A stretch of DNA of 64,000 bases from Octopus sinensis (taxonomy: Eukaryota). The notes below the pieces were generated by a model, which was not told the DNA's origin, made no database searches, and worked only from the letters and a program-made list of their open reading frames with translations. The stretch's first letter is position 1. Every line of letters starts with the position of its first letter. A program made the position numbers and the translations under genes. Positions 55,416-64,000 of this stretch are shown piece by piece. The DNA is taken from NCBI RefSeq assembly GCF_006345805.1, contig NC_043009.1, positions 7,254,001-7,318,000 of the forward strand, read 5' to 3'.

Positions 55416-55512
55416 GGACGCCCTCAATAATAACAGTGTAGAAAAACGTGCCCCAGCATGGCCACAGTTTGAGCTGAAACTGATAAAGAAAAATATATAC
55501 ATACATATAAGC

Positions 55513-55566
<54 letters not shown>

Positions 55567-56406
55567 ATCTACAGTGGCTTGAATCCTTTGATGATATGCT
55601 TAGTATTTTGAGGTTTGGATGAGCCGCACCGCTTCGACATCTTTCACTGGATACCAGTAGATTCCACGGGCCAGCAGGGAGAATGCACACCGTTTCAAGG
55701 CTCTCGTTTCCGCATCTTTACAGGGCATCGGCTCTCCACCACTCCCTGTCGTGAGTCCCTACCTGCAGGATTGACTGATTTATATTTAACCACTTTCCTC
55801 TTCGCAAGTAGTTGATTCAGTACTTCAAATACAAATCAATATTTGTCTTACCCAAGGCCTTTACATGGTGTGTCTATCGACCCACGAACGCTCAACACTT
55901 CAGCCTAAAAACTTATATATTTATCACTAGGCCATCTTCATTTCCTACTATCTTACTGTTATCAATACACAAGCACTTAGAGAGATGTTTGGTATTGAAG
56001 TAGATCTTAATTAGGTAACGTCTCACATGATAATTTATCACAAACTTCAGACATAATAGAATTAGTGGTTTTGAATGGTTTTGATTTAATAAATACTTCA
56101 ATACATTTTATAGTTTTAAATTGAATTGCTTACTTTATTATTCATTCAGTTCATATCTATGTGTGAGAGATTTATGTACAGAAAATGATATAAAGATAAA
56201 TCTATGACAGAATGTGTCTAGCATACACACAAATATACATACATACATATATATATGTGTATATATATATATACATATATATTTACATATAGATGCATAT
56301 ACATACACACACATTCATACGCTTATATATTATATGTGTATATGATCTATCTATATATATATATATACCGGATAAACACATAAATGTGAAACAATACTCT
56401 ACCACT

Positions 56407-56450
<44 letters not shown>

Positions 56451-57255
56451 CACGCTCAAACAACGAGTATATGAACGGATGAACGGATGCAATGAATATT
56501 GAGTAGATGTAAAAATAATGATAAAAATAATTTTTTAAAAATGACAGGAATATCGACAAGTGGGTGCCCAGGGAATATCGAACCCATGATTTCATTGTTA
56601 CTACTTTAGCATAATTACCGCTCTTTCATAAACCCTTTTATCGTGAAGTATATTCCAGCTACTTAAGTTTCAATGAATCTCTGTTTTTAAATTGGCTCTG
56701 TTTACGCCTGCCGAAGCCTCACTGACTAGCAATCAATCAGCTCCTGTTTACACAATCAGCAAATGACAATAGTCTATAAATTCACTTGTTTAGATTCGAG
56801 ATCTCAACTGGAAACTGAAATATGCGTTCGTTAAAAAATAACTTGAGTCCTATTCAAATTTCGCAAGAGAAGAAAAGCTGGGGTCGTCTATAATTTCGCT
56901 CGAATTGCTAAATTTCTTTCACTGAATATTCAGTGTTGTTGGTACTTTCAAAGAAAGCTCTTTCTTACCAAGGACAGGACTACTTTATCATATATCTACC
57001 TAATCAAGGCTCTCCTATGGTGACCAACAACAAAACGATTACAAATTTTAGGGAGAGTCAGGCAAATATGTTAGCGTATGGAAGGATATTTTTTCGAAAT
57101 GTTTGAATCAAAAGGACGTTGTTCGATTCCCACAGAGTGCACCGTGTTTTTTTCTTTTTTTGGCCGATATGGCAAAAATATTTGTTTACTAAGCATAAGC
57201 ATGTTGTATCATTTGAGATCTTATTCTTATTGCAGAGAACCAAAACATAAATGTT

Positions 57256-58042
<787 letters not shown>

Positions 58043-58966
58043 TTGTTTGTCCCCTCTATATTTAGCCCCTTGTGGGCAATAAAGAAGTAAGATTCGTTGG
58101 TACGCAGAACAAAATACTTAGCGGCATTTCGTCCCGTTTTCTCGTTCGGAATTGCTGGCCTTTGCCAAAATTCGAAAGAGAAATGAAGAACGTCGTATAA
58201 CATAGAATTTCCGCAGATCTCACTAGTAATTATAATACACAAAGCTAGAGAATAAATTTGCCATTTGTACTCTAAATAATTAACCAGACTTCCATAGTTA
58301 AAATGAAATTTCTTTAAAATATCGGCCTTAATACATAGTGTCTTTAATCCATTCAACTATATATATATATTCAAGATGTAGTGAAATACGAGTAATTATA
58401 CTCTGTGTTATCTCTTACGATCAATATGCAAATAAGTGAAATAATAAATAACGTGAATTTGAAAACGAAACGAGCAATTCATCAAATTAATTGAATTATT
58501 TAATACATCTATTTGTCTTACTTTACACTGTAGTTTTTAAATCATGTTAACACATCGTCAATACTCTCTGCTTTATATCGAATCATGCTAGCATGATCTT
58601 AGCTATATATTTTATCTGTAAAATTTCTGCAGGACATTTGATATTGCGTTTGGATTTCTAATTTTCTCTTCGTTTTGATTTGGAACGTTTCATTCACATA
58701 CTTCAATGCAATTACTATCTTATATCTGCCCTCCGTTGTTTCCATAACTATTATTCATTTCAAGTCACCTGATGAGATGCCTTTCTCGAAATGATTTGTC
58801 CGTCTTCACAGATAGCATACTAAATACTTATTCCGTGCATTCATTTACAAGTCTAGATCTAAACCGAACTTCCACAGACCAATACGCTTTTTCTTTCTGA
58901 CACTGTTTTGTAACAATTCGCTACTTACATCGATCGCTATATTCTCTCCTAGTTACTTCACTACAA

Positions 58967-59340
58967 TGGAGGCAGTGGTTAGGGCAGCGGACTCGCGGTC
59001 GTAGGATCGCGGTTTCGATTCCCAGACCGGGCGTTGTGAGTGTTTATTGAGCGAAAACACCTAAAGCTCCACGAGGCTCCGGCAGGGGATGGTGGTGATC
59101 CCTGCTGTACTCTTTCACCACAACTTTCTCTCACTCTTTCTTCCTGTTTCTGTTGTACCTGTATTTCAAAGGGCCGGCCTTGTCACTCTCTGTGTCACGC
59201 TGAATATCCCCGAGAACTACGTTAAGGGTACACGTGTCTGTGGAGTGCTCAGCCACTTACACGTTAATTTCACGAGCAGGCTGTTCCGTTGGTCGGATCA
59301 ACCGGAACCCTCATCGTCGTAACCGACGGAGTGCTTCCAC
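58967..59340 (+). mobile_element. full-length SINE family C with 12-bp target-site duplication
   Basis: TSD acttcactacaa at 58955-58966 and 59341-59352; tRNA-like head (B box ggtttcgattcc); 3' hairpin cgtcgtaaccgacg. Confidence 0.9.
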
Positions 59341-59759
59341 ACTTCACTACAACTCCACAAAAGATCTGATAGTGTTAAGAAGACCAACTTCCAGAGAAGA
59401 AATTTAAAATAATATGTCAGCCTTATATATTCACGCGTACTGCAAGTATGAGTTGTGTGCATTTAGAACATTAATGATAAATGAAAACGCTTTTCATATT
59501 ATTTGCCAGTAAATATCAATAACACTAACGTTTTACGGCTTTATCAATCGATTGTAAGATAGTAGATAAAAAAAAAATAACTGTCTTCGTCAGTATTATT
59601 CATTGCATTACCTTCTATAGTTAATACAATATAATAGTGGAAATAAAGAAGTGCTCCATTTCAGCGACTTATGGCCATAGACCATTCATACGATTATAAA
59701 ATTTCGAACTATAAACCGAGGCCTTAGATACACAAACTGTTTTAATATTTGCATCCACA

Positions 59760-60350
59760 TAGGGCAGTGAGTTGACAGAATCGTTAGTACGCCGAGCCTA
59801 ACGCTTAACGTTATGAGTTCAAATTCTGCCGAGGTCGACATTGCCTTTCTTCTTTTCGGGGTCGATAAATTAAGTACAAGTTACGCACTGGAGTCGATGT
59901 AATCGACTTAATCCGTTTGTCTGTCCTTGTTTGTCCCCTCTATGTTTAGCTCCTTGTGGGTAGTAAAGAAATAGGTATTTCATCTATCTCTACGTTCTGA
60001 GTTCAAATTCCGCCGAGGTTGACTTTGCCTTTCATCCTTTCGGAATCGATAAATTAAGTACCAGTTACGCACTGGGGTCTATATAATCGACTTAATCCGT
60101 TTGTCTGTCCTTGTTTGTCCCCTCTATGTTTAGCTTCTTGTGGGTAATAAAGAAACAAATAGAGAAATAAGAATTATTAGTACGCCGGACTAAACGCTTA
60201 ATGTTCTGAGTTCAAATTCTGCCGAAATCGACTTTATTTTTTATCCATTCGGGGGTCGCAAAAATAAATACCAGTTGAGGATTGGAGTCGATGTATTTGA
60301 TTTATGACCCCTCTCGAAACTGCTGGCCTTGTGCCAAAATTTGAAAACAG
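59760..60350 (+). mobile_element. SINE family A dimer plus adjacent monomer
   Basis: Junction gaaataggtatttc at 59968-59981. Confidence 0.85.
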
Positions 60351-61920
60351 TATATAGATCTGTGTTGCATATCGATCTGTTTCATAACCAATCGTCATCA
60401 AATAATTTCTTTCTAGTTGCGTACATAGTAACAGGTTCAATCCAAACTAAAAACAGTATAAACACAGGGTTGTAACACACTACGCTACAAGACACTCACA
60501 CAGGTAATGGTTCGTTTTTCAGTTGATTGGGCTAAGCTATCTTCTACCTTTTCTATAAAACCAATCAGTATTTACATTGACCAATACCTACAGCTCGAAA
60601 ATATATTTGTTTGTATAAAAGAAGTTAGTTATCTTCAAAATACACACCCTAGCAAGAAGTACTCAGACCATCATATGCCGCCCATGATCACGGCTGAAGA
60701 TAACAGGGGACAAAACCGCTCTGCGTAATGTAAATGTGAATAATTGTCAGAGAAATATCATAGATCTTTCAACATACACATCTTAAGAAATGTGCTTAGG
60801 GTTAGAATTAAAACCACACTTGGCAAATATGAAACTAAAGTTAAATCTACCGAAAATAGGCTAGAATATACGAATTAAATATGTAATATCTTTTAAAAGG
60901 GGACTGGAGTGTCTCCCGTGAGCCTGAACAGAAGAAAGTCAAAAGTACGTAATGAGAAGAGAAATATTTAACGCGGAGGAGGCCAAATATGTATGAAATT
61001 ATAAACTGTCATGGCGCAAAGTTTTTATAGCTGACAGAAAACCATGATCGAAAATGAGAAATATCAAAGCTTCGCTACATATTATATTTGCTATAAACCT
61101 AGCCGTTAGCCCTAGTGCTAGTAATGTAGTGGAAGTATTTCATTACATATTATCTATATGATAAAATAATGTAAACATTATACTGACGCAAACAGTTATA
61201 AGTCATTACCTGAACAATACCTTGGCAAAGCCTTAAATCTTCAGAGATATTTTGGGATGGCTTTTTATAACATTTACTGGCAAATAGTTTGAAAATCAGC
61301 TTAGTGTATCTGCTTAACAGAAAAACATTAATGTAAACAGCTTAAAACAGAAGTAATTCTTCTACACGATAATGGATAAGAGCTTTACAGTGCATCATTT
61401 AAAAATAAATCCTCCTTAGCTCAACACCCGTTCGGTATTATCTGAGTGCACACTTAGGAATACAGCAACTAATGACGGTTGGAGGTTGGAACGTAGTTTA
61501 CGGATAAATATTAAGTAATTTTAATTTCATCTGAATAATTAATAAGCGTATTGATAATATGTTAATATAGACATTGATTTATTTAATCATCGGTTAAGAT
61601 CAAATATATATAATATGTTATGTTTAGAATGACATGTCATTACTAGATAGATCTACATACGTTGCAATTAATTTAAAGTATCTATGTTATAAAGACCGGC
61701 ACATTCACAGTACTCCGTGCTATCAAAAGATCCCATACAATGGTCAAAATGACCAGTAAAATCAATTTTAATCAGACGTGAATATTTTTTTATCGACGAG
61801 ATTATATATATTTTATTACTATTTAGTTATTACTACTGTTATACGTTTCTGACTGCCGTTTCACACACTTTTATGTAATATAGGCAGTCAGTACATACAT
61901 AATTAGATATATATATATTA

Positions 61921-61956
<36 letters not shown>

Positions 61957-62144
61957 TGTATGTATGTATGTATGTATATATTATACATACATAATATTAT
62001 ATATAATATATATATATAGTATATATATATTGTACATATATATATATAATATATATATATATATATACGAGTGTATATGAAAGCATGAGAGTATGAATGC
62101 ATATACAAATGTGTATGTATATATATATATATATATATGCCACC

Positions 62145-62441
62145 TAAATGTGACTGACCCATATAGGACGATACTACTGTAGTTTATAGCCCCAGGAAGA
62201 CATCTCTTCCTGCTGGTTAACGACACACTTTCTGTACCCGATCAGTATTTTCGAAGGCAAGTCGTTTCCATGTCTAGCATGACGTGAAACACACGGATGC
62301 GTCAGGCAAGAGAGGGGAACGATGATTGCCATTAGCGAATGCTGATCGGATACAGACAGTGCGTCGTTACCCAACTGAAGGAGATATCTCTTGGGGCTAT
62401 AAACTACAGCAGCATCGTCTCATACGGGTCAGCTACATTTA
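62145..62441. mobile_element. MITE with ~60-bp TIRs
   Basis: aaatgtgactgacccatataggacgatactactgtagtttatagcccca versus reverse complement of tggggctataaactacagcagcatcgtctcatacgggtcagctacattt. Confidence 0.85.
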
Positions 62442-62519
62442 CCTGACAAATATACTTCACGATGCCATGCTGGCTGCTACTGTTTAATTCTCGTTCAAAG
62501 ATTTGTTATTGCTATATAT

Positions 62520-62560
<41 letters not shown>

Positions 62561-62597
62561 TATATATATATATATATTATATATATATATATATTAA

Positions 62598-62642
<45 letters not shown>

Positions 62643-62667
62643 AATAAATATATATATATATATATAT

Positions 62668-62707
<40 letters not shown>

Positions 62708-62709
62708 AA

Positions 62710-62743
<34 letters not shown>

Positions 62744-62916
62744 AATATATAGCAATAACAAATCTTTATATATATATGTGTGTATAAATATATATATTAT
62801 ATATGTATAAATATATATATATATATACATATATATATAATATATGTATAAATAATTATATATTATTAGATATATATATAATATATATATATACCTATAT
62901 ATATATATATGTATAA

Positions 62917-62953
<37 letters not shown>

Positions 62954-62962
62954 AATATCTAT

Positions 62963-63005
<43 letters not shown>

Positions 63006-63106
63006 TATAATATTATGAGATACATATATATAGGGTAGCGAATATTAGTTATAAATATCATCACCAGTGGCCTAGCATGTATAGATAGTCAATCGACAAC
63101 TTATTC

Positions 63107-63472
63107 AAATTTTAAAATAGTGTACATTTAAAAACAAAAGAAATTACCCTTTAATGATGGAACACGTGTTATCTTCTCTGAATTATAAGTTAGTTATTGA
63201 GGCCGGTTACTGATGAGAATTCGCCTGGCGGATAATATTGTTTGTCAAATTACCTATTAAAGGATGGCATATAATATTATTTGCGAAAGAAATTTGAAAC
63301 TATGGTATAACCGAAAATAAAAAAAACATGGTAAAAGTTTTTATTTTTCATTCCCTTTGAAAATTGCTGTTAAATTCTGGTTTTGGCCGTATTGGCTGCT
63401 TCTTCTAGCATGTAAAATTACCTGTTAAAAGGTAATTTCTTTTGTGTTTAAATGTACACTATTTTAAAATTT
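63107..63472. mobile_element. MITE with ~48-bp TIRs
   Basis: aaattttaaaatagtgtacatttaaaaacaaaagaaattaccctttaa and its reverse complement at 63425-63472 (2 mismatches). Confidence 0.8.
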
Positions 63473-63866
63473 ATATATATACAACGAACTTATTTCTGTT
63501 TCCGTCTACAAAATCCACTCACAAGGCTTTGGTTGGCCCTAGGCTATAGCAAAAGACACTTGCCCAACGTGCCAGGCAGTGGAACTGAACTCAGAAAACA
63601 TGTGATTGATTAGCAAGCTACTTACCACACAGCCACTCTTAGGTCTATATTTATTTAGTTTCCTACAGTAGAAGATTTTTTTTTTTTGTGGAGCCAGTCG
63701 ATTATATCGACGCCAGTACGCAACTGCTACTTAATTTATCGAATTCTAAAGAATGAAAGGCAAAGTTGACCTCGATGAAATTTGAAATCAGAACGTTAAG
63801 ACAGACGAAATAACGCTAAGCATTTCGCCCGGGTTGCTGACGTTTCTGCCAGCTTGCCGCCTTTCA

Positions 63867-63910
<44 letters not shown>

Positions 63911-64000
63911 ATATATTATAATATATAATATATATATATATATATATATACATATACTATATATATATATATAATATATATATATATATACATATATATA

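Noticed and set aside
58765-58800. CUGAUGA-GAUGCCUUUCUC-GAAAUG
   Set aside because: Only 2 bp of stem II and no stem I; could be chance

Overview
AT-rich, repeat-saturated eukaryotic (metazoan) DNA. No intact host protein-coding gene, rRNA, real tRNA gene or CRISPR array is recognisable, and almost every ORF in the supplied track is a microsatellite translation artefact. The repeat repertoire resembles that of an octopus/coleoid cephalopod (inference from recalled repeat families, not checked). Contents: dozens of tRNA-derived SINEs of at least three families, two decayed mariner transposons, 3' relics of two LINEs, a probable decayed Penelope-like GIY-YIG segment, about six MITE-like inverted-repeat elements and very many microsatellites. 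Three things stand out. (1) Minimal type-I hammerhead ribozyme motifs occur in several unrelated repeat families, including two in a near-perfect 159-bp palindrome (9622-9780) and one in a non-coding element built as tRNA-like head + microsatellite + hammerhead (about 40420-40760). (2) One SINE family multimerises through a fixed, self-complementary junction and has grown into a ~3.2-kb array of ~184-bp units with an internal dimeric higher-order repeat (48116-51295). (3) An internally deleted mariner has captured, in frame, ~120 bp of DNA also found 1.9 kb away. All calls were made by eye and none was run through a search.
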